In this document: positions 17,701 to 26,986 of the stretch, one piece after another | How positions within the stretch are numbered: the stretch's first letter is position 1 | How the letters are laid out: every line of letters starts with the position of its first letter | Virus record (IMG/VR): IMGVR_UViG_3300044971_003100 | Coordinates: 1,810-65,809 of that record | Length of the DNA: 64,000 nt | DNA from: a virus | Taxonomy: Duplodnaviria; Caudoviricetes | Direction: 5' to 3' (one strand) | Program-made: the position numbers and the translations under genes | The notes under the pieces: model-generated | Database searches by the model: none | What the model saw: only the letters and a program-made list of their open reading frames with translations | What the model was told of the DNA's origin: nothing

Positions 17701-18067
17701 CTTCCTCCATGACGGCGCCAGTGCCTGTTCCCATCATGGCCAGCTCCATCAGCAAGCCAAACATCGAGGGATCGTTTGCGTGCATCGAGCAGCAGTTGTA
17801 GTACCCAGGGAAGTTCTCTTGCTTCTTGGACCACTCCGTACCTGCAACCCACAACGCACGCCCGCTAGGGAAGCATTGCTGTCTCAGTCCAGCTTCAATA
17901 CATAGCGCCTTCTGCTCCTGAGTAAATTTACCTACCTCTGCGATGGCAGATATTGTACGCGTAATTGCCTCTTCAAAGTTTTCACGCGACCCGTCTGCCT
18001 TACGCCGGGAGTACGAACGATAGAAAACCGCAGGCCCAGAAGGAGCGAATTGACCGAATTCCGACAT
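14702..18067 (-). CDS. nrdJ: class II (B12-dependent) ribonucleotide reductase with intein
   Basis: PSGRALWVAGT, YNCC, DSRQGWA, VVAGNIRRSA, NP[intein]CGEI, CNLSEVHL, TTVQPAGSKSLL, C-terminal CDSAKC; likely start MSEFGQF. Confidence 0.93.
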   Translation of the reverse strand: MSEFGQFAPSGPAVFYRSYSRRKADGSRENFEEAITRTISAIAEVGKFTQEQKALCIEAGLRQQCFPSGRALWVAGTEWSKKQENFPGYYNCCSMHANDPSMFGLLMELAMMGTGTGAVMEEDVVNNMPPIQRKVSISNIRNNEGIKGGDADTTIRFTGIVDEKPIITIKVGDSRQGWASAYQGLITLAMGYPAQDEEEDTVHCDAEIVLDLSHVRQAGEPLKGFGGTANPVRLRETFERAAKVLCKAKGRKLTSIECCLLIDEAASAVVAGNIRRSAGMRQFSSCDNEAASAKDGLYKQDENGNWSVDPEKEALRMANHTLCFHAKPDHKTIRASIEKQFWSGEGAIMYVPESIARANADLLNTEQLKKRFLALYVRSQDDARQMLTELAEKAGEPTDERIIQHRMDRYGLNPCFAPGTIVMTREGYFPIESLVGETVEIHDGNEWRVIDNFRVTANDQDVYNVILHDGTVITATEYHKFILKDGTRRELKDLKPGNELLAATIEPVKGSVNAKGAYLKGFLIGDGTSNKGKGAFCKVYAPKKVCADRLRASLIELGAFDDLEVLTGAGYIRGLSSTCEDMNQWCYKYKHTFPDEVLNWTDEAKGEFIAGLFDADGTAMDSKKGFSYQLTSVSLPFLRGLVALLRTMGINSKIGPVREGGIKDFGPDKGGVCQVKDTYRLAISQYNSIILARRVRFERLKSFAGRETSHSVKSKSNVVSSIEFAYTAPEVYCCTVPGSHAFTLGALLLVAQCGEILMRDNVCNLSEVHLNTIDPSDSELQRQAFYAGGLQVAALLQHKFVPERLSYSRENDPIVGVSFTGLFDFFVHAFGAPWLKWMMKGRPGGAECKKYDAREKKFLRGWRIAAEQGVRDYCEQHGIRVPNRFTTVQPAGSKSLLTGASSGWHPPKAQRFIRRITFGVNDPLVSALRDYGYNVIPAQSARDEDGNLLDDISDPRVREVLVEIPTEVSWANLPGCDEFDLSKLPVSAQWGLYMQVQKEYTQHNTSATLEFRQDEIDQLANLVHQSIQSDGGYISAALLARFDANETFPRLPFEPIDKQMYERRMATVKIVRSMLPEDVTFLDLLKKYDNADYELKGAAGCDSAKCLTESEKDSDQAGLLK
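15812..16825 (-). mobile_element. intein (338 aa) with LAGLIDADG homing endonuclease
   Basis: Begins CFAPGTIVMT; block B ATEYHKF; LAGLIDADG motifs YLKGFLIGDG and FIAGLFDADG; block F VYCCTVPGSHAF; ends LLVAQ before extein Cys. Confidence 0.92.
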
Positions 18068-18138
18068 GATTGAAATTAAAGGGACTTTAGATTGCCGCAA
18101 GTGACGCGAAAATAGCCGTACTCAAGCCGTAAATCGAC

Positions 18139-18441
18139 TTAATCCAGCAACTCTTGATACGGATCCTGATGAAGCAAATCAGAGAGGCCCGGTATCACCC
18201 TGGCGGACTCAGAAAGTGTGCTTTTCTTTGATGCATCCAGTACGGTAGCTATTGTTAGCAGCGACCTGGAGTCTTGCGCCGAAGCAAGTAGCTCTCGTTT
18301 TACGCACACCCATTCCATTATATGGTTTTTGTGCATAAAATATAGCAAACTTACTGCATCTGCAAGTCTTCCTTCTGCTATGGCTTGCTTAGCAGCCACA
18401 GTAGATCTCCAGACCTGTTGTTTAGATACCGGATGCTCCAT
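18139..18441 (-). CDS. hypothetical phage protein
   Basis: 100-aa ORF. Confidence 0.55.
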   Translation of the reverse strand: MEHPVSKQQVWRSTVAAKQAIAEGRLADAVSLLYFMHKNHIMEWVCVKRELLASAQDSRSLLTIATVLDASKKSTLSESARVIPGLSDLLHQDPYQELLD

Positions 18442-18444
18442 TGC

Positions 18445-18588
18445 CTATCGCCCTTGACCACGGTAACGCTTGTGCCCTCTCTTGGGCTTAGACCGGAGAC
18501 CGGCGCCTTGTGCCGTCTTTTTCCCGATACGCTCCAACGGGCGATTGTTGCCGCTTAGTGTCTTTTTCACAGAGGGTGCCTTCGCCAT
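18445..18588 (-). CDS. small basic protein ending KRYRGQGR
   Basis: 47 aa MAKAPSVKKT...HKRYRGQGR, a common cyanophage microprotein pattern; not in the ORF track. Confidence 0.7.
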   Translation of the reverse strand: MAKAPSVKKTLSGNNRPLERIGKKTAQGAGLRSKPKRGHKRYRGQGR

Positions 18589-18716
18589 GTTGGAGCGAAC
18601 CAGGGAACGGTGCTGACGGGTCCATCTTAGTCATGACAACTCAAATTTGTTCGTAAGTTATCCATGCCTTAAGGATTTAACAGCAATCAAGCGTGGACGG
18701 AAATTCCGATCACGCC

Positions 18717-18947
18717 TCATAGCCCATCCTTGTACGAGTATTCGGCCAGCTCGGAAAAGCCACCTATCAACTCCGGGCCATCGTCTGTGATTTTGTAGAT
18801 ACCAGGGAAAGTATCCCAGTCGGGCGCTTTCTCGTATTTCACCTGATACCTGACATTATAGTGATCAAATAATGCCTTTGCTTGATTGCAATAAGGGCAA
18901 CCAGCCAGTGTGTACATCAAGAATTGCGGTTTCCCTTCAGATGCCAT
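18717..18947 (-). CDS. glutaredoxin
   Basis: CPYC active site, TFP, LIGGFSEL. Confidence 0.9.
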   Translation of the reverse strand: MASEGKPQFLMYTLAGCPYCNQAKALFDHYNVRYQVKYEKAPDWDTFPGIYKITDDGPELIGGFSELAEYSYKDGL

Positions 18948-20520
18948 TTACGACAAGCTCCTGCGACAAGATGTTCTTGATATGATCCATTATACCAGAA
19001 TCACTGTGTACCTTGATCGTCGGCATGGCTATCGATCTAAGTTGTCTCGTGTAATGCGGTTCCGAAACGCAGTACACCGCCAAAAGGGTTTCGACCATGC
19101 TTACGCCATCGCTGAAATCTTCGATTTCCCGCAACCTTTGCCATAACCACTTATGCGCGGGTGAATATAGTCTGTCCATCAGACCGACAAGATCTGGCCT
19201 TAGTTCAGGGAAGTGAATGTACAACCTGAGCAGTCTTCGCTCTACCATCATCCTGGTCTCAAGTGGGCTTGGCTTCAGCCACCTTTTCCTGCTTTTTATC
19301 GTTGATGTATTCTTGAACCAATCTTTTGCAGTTTTTGCGGCTGACTCTGGGTCCTGCGATAGGGCCAGTGATGCTTTGTCGATATAATATTGCCTCAGGG
19401 TTGGGGAGTGTATCGATTCAACCAAGGCACGTATCCTGGCTTCTATCTCCGTGTATCGCGCAGTGTCTGACCTGTCTACAGATTTTAGCCACACATCAAG
19501 CTGCCAGTCGAGCCACGGTTTTGCACTTTCAATTATGGAAAACAGGTCTAACCCGCTGTTGATACAGTCCTCTGGATCCTTGCCGTCCGGTAACTGTGCA
19601 ACCGACAAGCTTAGATCACCGCGACATGCCATCGGACCGGCGGACTTAATAAACGCCTCCGTTGCCTTTAGGCCACCTTCATCTGCATCGAAACACAGTA
19701 TGAATCTCTTTGTCCTTCTGGCTAGTCTATGCAGTATGGAATCACTTGGCGTCGCTGTACCCTGAAGGGCTACTACATTTTTGATGCCAAATTGCCATAG
19801 TGATATTACATCAAAGTGACCTTCCACAAAAACAAGACTATCGGCTTCCCTGATGTGTTGAATAGCCCTGTGCTCATTGAACACTAGCTTTGATTTATCG
19901 AAATATTCACTGTTCTCAGAATTCTTGAACTTTGGCTTAACTGTATTGCTTGTGGCCCTACCGGCGAAACCGACCAGTGTACCAATGTGGTCGTGAATCG
20001 GTACAGTGATCCTATCGCCAAAAAATCCACGAGGACAATAACCAAGCTGAAAGTGCTTAGAAGTAGCTGGTTCTATGTCCCTGGCATCCAGAAAGTCTCG
20101 TATCCTTTGAGCCCTTGGGTCCTTCAGAAATCTGCGGTAAGATTCGTGTTCGGTTGTCAGTTGGTTCATCAACTGAACCTTTCGCCTTGCTTCCTTTAGC
20201 GCAAGTTCTGGATTCAGGTTTTCGTATATTACCTCTATGTTGTTGGAAATAGCTATCTTTTCTACCGCTTCCGCAAAAGACAGTCCAAGCTTTGCCTGGA
20301 TGAAGCCTATACCATCATCACCCGTCTGGCAAACAAAGCAATAACACAGGCTTTTTTCATCGTTTATGGTTAACGATGGATTTCTGTCATTATGCCAAGG
20401 GCATAATGTTATCGCTTCTTTTCCTATCTTTTTGTACTCTACATGCTGACTGTCTAGTACGTTTGTAATTGGTATATCTTTGACCGCCTTTATTGTGTAA
20501 TCACTAATTACAGATTTCAC
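18937..20520 (-). CDS. dnaG: DNA primase (DnaG-type)
   Basis: CHC2 zinc finger CPWH...CFVC, FAGR, KFKNS, TOPRIM VEGHFDV and FDADEGG, KDPED. Confidence 0.95.
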   Translation of the reverse strand: MKSVISDYTIKAVKDIPITNVLDSQHVEYKKIGKEAITLCPWHNDRNPSLTINDEKSLCYCFVCQTGDDGIGFIQAKLGLSFAEAVEKIAISNNIEVIYENLNPELALKEARRKVQLMNQLTTEHESYRRFLKDPRAQRIRDFLDARDIEPATSKHFQLGYCPRGFFGDRITVPIHDHIGTLVGFAGRATSNTVKPKFKNSENSEYFDKSKLVFNEHRAIQHIREADSLVFVEGHFDVISLWQFGIKNVVALQGTATPSDSILHRLARRTKRFILCFDADEGGLKATEAFIKSAGPMACRGDLSLSVAQLPDGKDPEDCINSGLDLFSIIESAKPWLDWQLDVWLKSVDRSDTARYTEIEARIRALVESIHSPTLRQYYIDKASLALSQDPESAAKTAKDWFKNTSTIKSRKRWLKPSPLETRMMVERRLLRLYIHFPELRPDLVGLMDRLYSPAHKWLWQRLREIEDFSDGVSMVETLLAVYCVSEPHYTRQLRSIAMPTIKVHSDSGIMDHIKNILSQELVVNGI

Positions 20521-20540
20521 AATGGCGCTGGGAACTGGCC

Positions 20541-21209
20541 TCAGTCTAGCCGGGTAACCGGGTCTGGTATTGATAATTTTTGTTGCCTCAGGCCACTGGT
20601 CATCGACGTGAACTGCCTGACCGGTGGCTTCGACAGGTCGCCCCTGCAGTAAGACGCCATAGAGTTGTAATCCTTGGTGGACAGCGCCTCAACCATTTCC
20701 CTCGCCTTCTCTCGATAGTCTATTTTGAAGTCCATCTCTTCTGGCTCCAGCGGATCCGTTGGCATCGCTTGATCTTTTAGCTCAAGCGGCGGACCAGAGC
20801 ATGCTGATCTGGTTTCCTGCCACTCTCCAAGCGATATACCTAGCTTTTCGGATATTGCTATGTCATTAGATCCATTGAATAGCAATCTGCGTCCTTTGAC
20901 CCAATTCTCCCGCATGCGATGTGACAAACGCATTGCATAAGTGCGATCCCTTACCCAGTGCAAGATTTCGCCTCTTATTGTTGGCGTTGCTAAGCTAGAA
21001 AATTTGTAGCCCGATTCCGGGTCATACCGATGGCATGCCTTACATAAACCAAGGAATGCAGCACCCTCCAAGACCGAATATTCGATGCCTGTCGTCCTCT
21101 GAACACGCCAAGCTTCCCTTCTTGCCAGGTTTATATTCTCCGCAGCCATTTCTTGCTGCTCTGGTGTTAACTGGAAGCTTTGCGGTTTCTTTGCCATAAC
21201 CTTAGTCAA
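20541..21209 (-). CDS. alternative sigma factor (SigF/SigB/FliA-like)
   Basis: ENINLAR, GLCKACHRYDPESGYKFSSLATPTIRGEILHWVRD (region 2 of SigB/F type). Confidence 0.85.
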   Translation of the reverse strand: MTKVMAKKPQSFQLTPEQQEMAAENINLARREAWRVQRTTGIEYSVLEGAAFLGLCKACHRYDPESGYKFSSLATPTIRGEILHWVRDRTYAMRLSHRMRENWVKGRRLLFNGSNDIAISEKLGISLGEWQETRSACSGPPLELKDQAMPTDPLEPEEMDFKIDYREKAREMVEALSTKDYNSMASYCRGDLSKPPVRQFTSMTSGLRQQKLSIPDPVTRLD

Positions 21210-22719
21210 TCCTGTACGGTGTTGCCGGTAAGGCAGTTCCTCTCCCCCAGCTTACCTCAGTCATAACAGGAACAGTGCGCTGTGACATGTAGTTAATAGC
21301 CATGCCAATTGAGTCTATTATGTCATCATTTTTTGCGGCAGGAAACAGGCTGAATTCGTTCATAAATACGTCCAGCCAGGTGGCACTTGCTGGCAAATAG
21401 ACATTACCAGCCTCTACTATTGGTACGATGCCAGCAGCACGAGCTACTTTTGATTTTTCTGGCTTGAAACCAATAAGGCCAGGTACTTTCTTTTGAAGTA
21501 ACTGATATGCAGCATATCCAGAAGCAGCTAGCTCGATAACCGTTCCGCTTAACGCGTGCTTTTTGTACATCCTTGATATCATGCTGATAGTACCAATAAT
21601 GTCCAACTTCTCTCTGACCATATCCAGTACGTAGAAACTGTTACCAGCTTGTCCTACGATACTGCCAACGACATAGTCACTGGAGCTTGTATTTGTAAAG
21701 GTACAGTCAACGCTAAGGATGACGCGCTGAAACTCAGGCAGTTCCTTAAGCTGGTCGTAATACTGCCACCAGCTCGGGTCAAACATGTTACCGCCCTCTG
21801 GCGCCGGTCTTTGCTGAAACAAGGCTGCGAAATCCCTTGTGCCAATTGCTTCGCGGATGCGCTCATATTCGTCGATTCCATATCGCTGTGGACATAATGC
21901 AAGGCCTGGCTCCTCTCGCCAATCAGTTATTATATTGCAGTGCTCCGGCAAAGGTGGCCTGGAGCCCGGATCCTCCGATATAGCGGGCAAATCAAGAATT
22001 GTCCAGCCCTCTCGACCTTTCTCGGATACATTCATCTCTGATTCGATCAATCGTCCGATCAGGTCATTTTGACTCCATCTCGTCTGAATAATGACAATCG
22101 AGCCGACATTTGGCTCAAGCCGTGTATACAGGGTTGACGTATACCAATCCCACAATTTTTCCATCACCCTGGGGCTGTCGGCATCTTCCCTGTTTTTGAC
22201 AGGGTCATCGACGATCAACAGGTGACCCGATCGACCAGTAATAGCACCGCCAACACCCGCTGCCCACAAACCACCACCGCCCTGTGTTCCCCAGTCGTTG
22301 ACAGCTTGCTTATACGGATCAAATGTGCCTCCAGCCTGCCTGTAGTAGTCCCGCGCTGACCTAGAGAAGCCCTCCGCAAGTTCAGCGCTATAGGATACTA
22401 GGCCGACATACCTATCTGGGTGGGCCAGTAGATAAGCAGCAGGAAACAACTTAGAGGACAGGTACGACTTTCCAATACGTGGCGGCACCTGTATGATAAG
22501 CCTCTTGCATTTTCCATCGATGATGGCTTGCAATTGTTTTGTCAGTTCTGCGTGTACTTTGTAGAACTTGTAATTGGGAGATACTGATTTTATGAATTGA
22601 TGCAGGACTATTTGCTGCCCGCCTTCTTTCTTTTGGGTTTTCACCCTTCTTAACTCGCGAACCATCTCGCGATCTGAGCCAGCTTTTTCTAGGAATTGTT
22701 TGCCAGCTCTGGTAGCCAT
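21202..22719 (-). CDS. terminase large subunit
   Basis: PPRIGKS Walker A, LLIVDDPVK Walker B, QTRWSQNDL, SVDCTF, KNDDIIDS nuclease. Confidence 0.95.
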   Translation of the reverse strand: MATRAGKQFLEKAGSDREMVRELRRVKTQKKEGGQQIVLHQFIKSVSPNYKFYKVHAELTKQLQAIIDGKCKRLIIQVPPRIGKSYLSSKLFPAAYLLAHPDRYVGLVSYSAELAEGFSRSARDYYRQAGGTFDPYKQAVNDWGTQGGGGLWAAGVGGAITGRSGHLLIVDDPVKNREDADSPRVMEKLWDWYTSTLYTRLEPNVGSIVIIQTRWSQNDLIGRLIESEMNVSEKGREGWTILDLPAISEDPGSRPPLPEHCNIITDWREEPGLALCPQRYGIDEYERIREAIGTRDFAALFQQRPAPEGGNMFDPSWWQYYDQLKELPEFQRVILSVDCTFTNTSSSDYVVGSIVGQAGNSFYVLDMVREKLDIIGTISMISRMYKKHALSGTVIELAASGYAAYQLLQKKVPGLIGFKPEKSKVARAAGIVPIVEAGNVYLPASATWLDVFMNEFSLFPAAKNDDIIDSIGMAINYMSQRTVPVMTEVSWGRGTALPATPYRID

Positions 22720-22950
22720 CTATTCCTTGGGAAGGTGCTCTTTCTTTATTCTATCGTATTCCTCTTCGCCAATCACATCTTTACAGCCATTCAGTATTGA
22801 ATCCAGGAAGTCCTTTTCGGTCCATGTATTGAAAACTGATGTAACTGGATGATTTTCGTCCCACTCAATTGTAATCGAGTCATCCTCGTTTACCGTAACA
22901 AAAAGAGGGAAGTCTTCACTCATCGATTGGGATTTCGTAGGCGTCGACAT
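22720..22950 (-). CDS. hypothetical phage protein
   Basis: ITIEWDENHP...WTEKDF; small acidic ORF. Confidence 0.6.
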   Translation of the reverse strand: MSTPTKSQSMSEDFPLFVTVNEDDSITIEWDENHPVTSVFNTWTEKDFLDSILNGCKDVIGEEEYDRIKKEHLPKE

Positions 22951-23554
22951 CGGTTACATCCTCAACATTTGCTTTGGTCATCTCGGAATCAACCATCTCA
23001 AGCATCTCATTGATGCCCAATGAGTTGGCCCAAGACTGGCGTGATTGCTCGCTTATGTTAGCAGCGGCACGCAACAAGCCCGAGACCAGTGCCATCGGCA
23101 CCTCTTCGCCTTCGTCTTCCGCCTTTGCGATGCGCTTGCCAAGCACGCGCAACAGGTCTTCTGAAACGCGTGCCATCATCCTGGCTTGGCGTTCGGATGA
23201 CTCCCTGAATTCTACGATTGCTTCCCTGTGGGTATTTTTCTGAAACTTCTCAGCTTCTTTCCATACAATAGCGAGTTGATCCTTGTCATAAGCCGCAGCA
23301 CGGCGTTGCCAGTTGTAAGTTGAAGCCCATCTTGATAAAGATGGAGCGCAATGGCCGGTTACAGTTTCCAGGTCAGAGAATGCCCTGGTACCTTGAAGCA
23401 ACAGGAATTTCTGAAAGCAATTGAATTGGTCAGCACTTTCGTGGCGGCCAGCATCCTTGACACGATAGCCACGCCGAAACCCATAAATAGGGCCAGCGTC
23501 ACCTTTTATTGGCTTAGATTCTGGCCAGTCGGACACTGGTTCTTTTTCATTCAT
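22916..23554 (-). CDS. putative terminase small subunit
   Basis: HTH-like LSRWASTYNWQRRAAAYD followed by a helical region; lies upstream of the large subunit. Confidence 0.6.
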   Translation of the reverse strand: MNEKEPVSDWPESKPIKGDAGPIYGFRRGYRVKDAGRHESADQFNCFQKFLLLQGTRAFSDLETVTGHCAPSLSRWASTYNWQRRAAAYDKDQLAIVWKEAEKFQKNTHREAIVEFRESSERQARMMARVSEDLLRVLGKRIAKAEDEGEEVPMALVSGLLRAAANISEQSRQSWANSLGINEMLEMVDSEMTKANVEDVTDVDAYEIPIDE

Positions 23555-23583
23555 CTGCGTAAACTATTGTACCAATACTGGTT

Positions 23584-24360
23584 TTACGGTGAAAGCCTGG
23601 CCTTGTGCAAGCGTTTCGCTTCATAATAACCCCACACAGATGGGGCCCAATCCCTCAGGATTGGTATAAACTGCTCACATAGTGCCTCGATCTCCAGTTG
23701 TGCATCTAACTTGGATCTGAGATCCATGAAATGCAACACGGACCTCAGGTTAAATGATACAACAAAGTTTTGCCTGATGCCTTGAGGCAGGTAATCGCGA
23801 ATGTGCTCTTCGGAGCAGCCATTTTTGTAATCTTTGGCGTAATCCTCGCAGGCAAGAATTATTTTGCCTCTTTTATCTTCAATGTTTTCTTTGGTCCACT
23901 CATACTTCTTGCCCTGTCGGTTTGTGTAAAGACCAGGCGGCCTGATGTAGAAGACGTCTTCCACATCAATTTCGCGGTCAGCGACCTTCAGGACACGCTT
24001 GCCGGTGTACCGCTGAGATTGAACATCCCACGAAGTGCCGATTCGATGCGTGCGTGCTTGCACTATGACATTGTGCACATAACCGGCACAAGACAGTGTT
24101 ATCTGTGGGTGTTCCAGTGGGCCGTAGTGCCCCTTTTCGCCCGACAGCAAGTGGTCGACAATCCACTTACCAGCCTCTTCTCGTTTCAGGGGCTTGACCT
24201 CGTGGATGGGAACTTCGGAGTAATCATTCTTACCAGCCTGCCAGATCACCCTTTCGGGGTCGGCGTAGCAGTCCAGAACTTTTACCGTCAGCCTTTCGTC
24301 CAGGCCAAGAAGATCAGAGGCGCGAACTGGTCTGATGGTTTTTTCTGTGGCCATGATCAC
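23584..24360 (-). CDS. thyX: FAD-dependent thymidylate synthase
   Basis: GHYGPLEH, QARTHR...VQSQRY, NLRSVLHFMDLR, AQLEI. Confidence 0.95.
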   Translation of the reverse strand: MIMATEKTIRPVRASDLLGLDERLTVKVLDCYADPERVIWQAGKNDYSEVPIHEVKPLKREEAGKWIVDHLLSGEKGHYGPLEHPQITLSCAGYVHNVIVQARTHRIGTSWDVQSQRYTGKRVLKVADREIDVEDVFYIRPPGLYTNRQGKKYEWTKENIEDKRGKIILACEDYAKDYKNGCSEEHIRDYLPQGIRQNFVVSFNLRSVLHFMDLRSKLDAQLEIEALCEQFIPILRDWAPSVWGYYEAKRLHKARLSP

Positions 24361-24563
24361 TTCTTACCGATAGAGGCTACTGCGTAAACGATAAAGGCAA
24401 GGAGGGCCAGGGCCAGCACTATTGCCAGGGGCAGCCAGAATGGAGACAACACCCACACCCACGGCCAGTTAATGTAACCAGTCAGCTTCAATCCAACAAA
24501 CAGAACACCAAGCAGTGTGGTTCCACTGGCGCTACCTATGTTCACGCTTTGTTGATTGCTCAT
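24357..24563 (-). CDS. small membrane protein
   Basis: LFVGLKLTGYINWPWVWVLSPFW; two hydrophobic segments. Confidence 0.75.
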   Translation of the reverse strand: MSNQQSVNIGSASGTTLLGVLFVGLKLTGYINWPWVWVLSPFWLPLAIVLALALLAFIVYAVASIGKK

Positions 24564-25414
24564 CAGAACAAGTCCTCAAATTCGGGGCTGTAGGTCGAAA
24601 CTGGTGAGCGGTACCAAGTTGGCAGGCTCAGTACATTATAGCAAACCTCTGGTCGAGGCCAATCCTTGGCATCTAAACACTTTTTTAACAACTGCCGCGC
24701 TCGCTTGATCTGACGATTACCTTCGTCCATCATCTCATCCGAAATCTCAAACAGAGACAATGTCCACGGTTCCGTCCTTTCGATTGCGGCAAAAACAAAC
24801 TTGCATGGTTTGTTATACGCAAGACTAGCGGCCTCTGCGTACCATGCCGACTGAAACAGATAATTCATGCCACCTACCAGCTTCTTAAGGAAGGTGCTGT
24901 ATTCGACCGAATCGGTGCTCTTAAGATCCAGTATCATCAAATGATCACCCATGTCAACCAGTCTGTCAAGTCGCCCCTTACAGGGAATACCATCCACTTC
25001 CCAGTAAATAGACAGCTCGTTGTATTTGCGATAATCGGGCTGGGATTGGTTAAACCACTCCAAGCGCAGCAATGATTCGGCCATGCCGTGAACACTATCC
25101 CAAGCCTTTTCTTTTTCATTATTCGTCAGGATTGTTTTACCTTTCTGGCTTGCCTTCCATTCTTTTCCCTCCTTGGTGGCCAGGGAGATGTCTTCCGGTT
25201 TCAGGATGTAGCGACGATCAAATTCTTCCTTGCCCTCCAGGACCAGGCAATGCAGAGCAGAGCCGATCTCCATGTTAATAGTAGGAGCGAACTTTCTCTT
25301 TTTGCCAGCCCTGTAATGAGCTGGACTTACTAAGATATTCTTAAGGTAGCTTTGGTTCTCTCCAAGCTCTCTGCGGTAGTCGGGGTCAGGCTGGTTGTAG
25401 GCTACCGTCGCCAT
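24563..25414 (-). CDS. RecE/exonuclease VIII-like PD-(D/E)XK nuclease (DUF3799)
   Basis: IGSALHCLVLE, CKGRLD, ILDLKST, YLFQSAWY, FVFAAIE. Confidence 0.88.
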   Translation of the reverse strand: MATVAYNQPDPDYRRELGENQSYLKNILVSPAHYRAGKKRKFAPTINMEIGSALHCLVLEGKEEFDRRYILKPEDISLATKEGKEWKASQKGKTILTNNEKEKAWDSVHGMAESLLRLEWFNQSQPDYRKYNELSIYWEVDGIPCKGRLDRLVDMGDHLMILDLKSTDSVEYSTFLKKLVGGMNYLFQSAWYAEAASLAYNKPCKFVFAAIERTEPWTLSLFEISDEMMDEGNRQIKRARQLLKKCLDAKDWPRPEVCYNVLSLPTWYRSPVSTYSPEFEDLF

Positions 25415-25436
25415 TGTGTGTTGCTTATAATCTACA

Positions 25437-25856
25437 TTATACGGACACGTGGTGAATGATTACGACCCATTCCGAATTAGCCTTGGCTGCCTTTTGCCAT
25501 TCAATTGACAGCTTTGGTATTACGCTGACCCGATCATCGATCCACAGGATCCCCTGGGCGGCATCCATGAATGCCCCAGCTATGTTGTCCGTGTCTCCTC
25601 GACCTTCACCCCTGACGATCAGCTTCAGTGACACAGGACCCTCCAAGGGGCCGTACTCCCACTGCTCACGAATCAGCTTACGCATCTCCGCTTGCGCTAG
25701 CTTGTAGGCTGGCGGCATGAATGCGTGACCAGTTCTAGTTAACCTTGGACGTGCCTTTGAAAACAACGGCATCCTGATGACTAATACGTGATCAGCCGAA
25801 TCTATCGCCGGAAGTGTGCAGTTCAAGTACTTCTGCGTCATCTGAGCTAAGTGCAT
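25437..25856 (-). CDS. rusA: RusA-like Holliday junction resolvase
   Basis: SKARPR, GDTDNIAGAFMDA, WIDDR. Confidence 0.85.
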   Translation of the reverse strand: MHLAQMTQKYLNCTLPAIDSADHVLVIRMPLFSKARPRLTRTGHAFMPPAYKLAQAEMRKLIREQWEYGPLEGPVSLKLIVRGEGRGDTDNIAGAFMDAAQGILWIDDRVSVIPKLSIEWQKAAKANSEWVVIIHHVSV

Positions 25857-26268
25857 CCACTCGACGCCTGTCTTGAGTATTCCAGAATTCGGCCCAGCTC
25901 TTCATATATGGCTCAATATCAGAGCCATCCCACTGGTCAACCGGCGCCGGTTGAGCTGCTTTTGTGTTGCCATCTCTGGAGATGGATATTTTCAACAGAA
26001 CGAGATAGCCAATCAGATCCTGCAAGACATCCTCATCTGTTGCCAGCAAACCAGCCCCCTTAGCAATGCGCGACAGTTTGTCATCTATCCTGACGCACAA
26101 CTGCTCCGAAGTGTCCGCCTTGCTGAAGATCCTGGATGGATTCAGCGCAGAATCTCCGTACTTCTTGTTCTTTTGCAGCAACAAGTTTTTAACATCATCG
26201 CAAACCCTAGAGATTTGCTGTTGTGTATCAGTCATTGCTTTCAGTTTGGCGAATCGACCTGGCATCAA
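25792..26268 (-). CDS. DUF1599 / nucleotide-modification-associated domain protein
   Basis: LLLQKNKKYGDSA...VRIDDKLSRI...EDVLQDLIGY. Confidence 0.75.
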   Translation of the reverse strand: MMPGRFAKLKAMTDTQQQISRVCDDVKNLLLQKNKKYGDSALNPSRIFSKADTSEQLCVRIDDKLSRIAKGAGLLATDEDVLQDLIGYLVLLKISISRDGNTKAAQPAPVDQWDGSDIEPYMKSWAEFWNTQDRRRVDALSSDDAEVLELHTSGDRFG

Positions 26269-26488
26269 ATACGGTAATTGTTCGATTACCCATCGTTAGC
26301 GTAACCTGGCAGTGATCCTGCTTGCTAGCTATAACGCGCCCAGTACTCCAGCCAGCTCCCAAGTAGACCTGAACCATCGTTCCTTTGCGAAAGATCGGCA
26401 AGGGAAAAGATGGCCCCGCCAGCCTTTTATGGTCAGGGACTGCCCTAGACTTTGACTTCTTGGTTGGTTGCGTAGTCTGGCTTGACAT
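26228..26488 (-). CDS. hypothetical protein (SH3-like)
   Basis: 86-aa ORF, FRKGTMVQVYLGAGWSTGRV. Confidence 0.55.
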   Translation of the reverse strand: MSSQTTQPTKKSKSRAVPDHKRLAGPSFPLPIFRKGTMVQVYLGAGWSTGRVIASKQDHCQVTLTMGNRTITVFDARSIRQTESND

Positions 26489-26954
26489 AGTCTGGGATAC
26501 GGTTGAATCGCTTATTGGTTAACTCCATTATAAGATGCTGAGGCAACTTTGCTCCGGTGGCCGCAGCCCAGGAAATAATTGTAGAAATATTGTCCCCAGT
26601 TAGAACCCAGAAGTCTTGGCTTTCGTTGTATCGAAGAATACCTTCGCTGACAAAGTCGCCAAGTGCTTCGTCGATCAACTCTTCAAGTCTGGTATTTTCG
26701 CAGTAGTCTTCGTTGAACGGATCCCATCCACCAACTTTCAAGTCGCTGGTCGAACAATGGGGTACTAAACTAGCTTGAATTTCGTGGCGACGTACGGCGC
26801 CGCGATGCAACAGTATTGCAATCACGTACGGCTTTACATTCGAAGCTAATAATATCGGCGTTTCATCCATCAGCAATCCACACGCCCCAGGCGCAATCTC
26901 ATCGATTCTCGGCGACTGATACATGACTACTCCAAAAAGAAAACAGCCAGGCAT
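26445..26954 (-). CDS. hypothetical protein (winged-helix-like)
   Basis: 169-aa ORF in the operon. Confidence 0.6.
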   Translation of the reverse strand: MPGCFLFGVVMYQSPRIDEIAPGACGLLMDETPILLASNVKPYVIAILLHRGAVRRHEIQASLVPHCSTSDLKVGGWDPFNEDYCENTRLEELIDEALGDFVSEGILRYNESQDFWVLTGDNISTIISWAAATGAKLPQHLIMELTNKRFNRIPDYVKPDYATNQEVKV

Positions 26955-26986
26955 AGCCTGGCCGTTGTGTCTAAGTCTAGGATACC

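Noticed and set aside
25792-26268. DNA hypermodification system implied by the DUF1599-like gene
   Set aside because: No base-modifying enzymes were recognised nearby.
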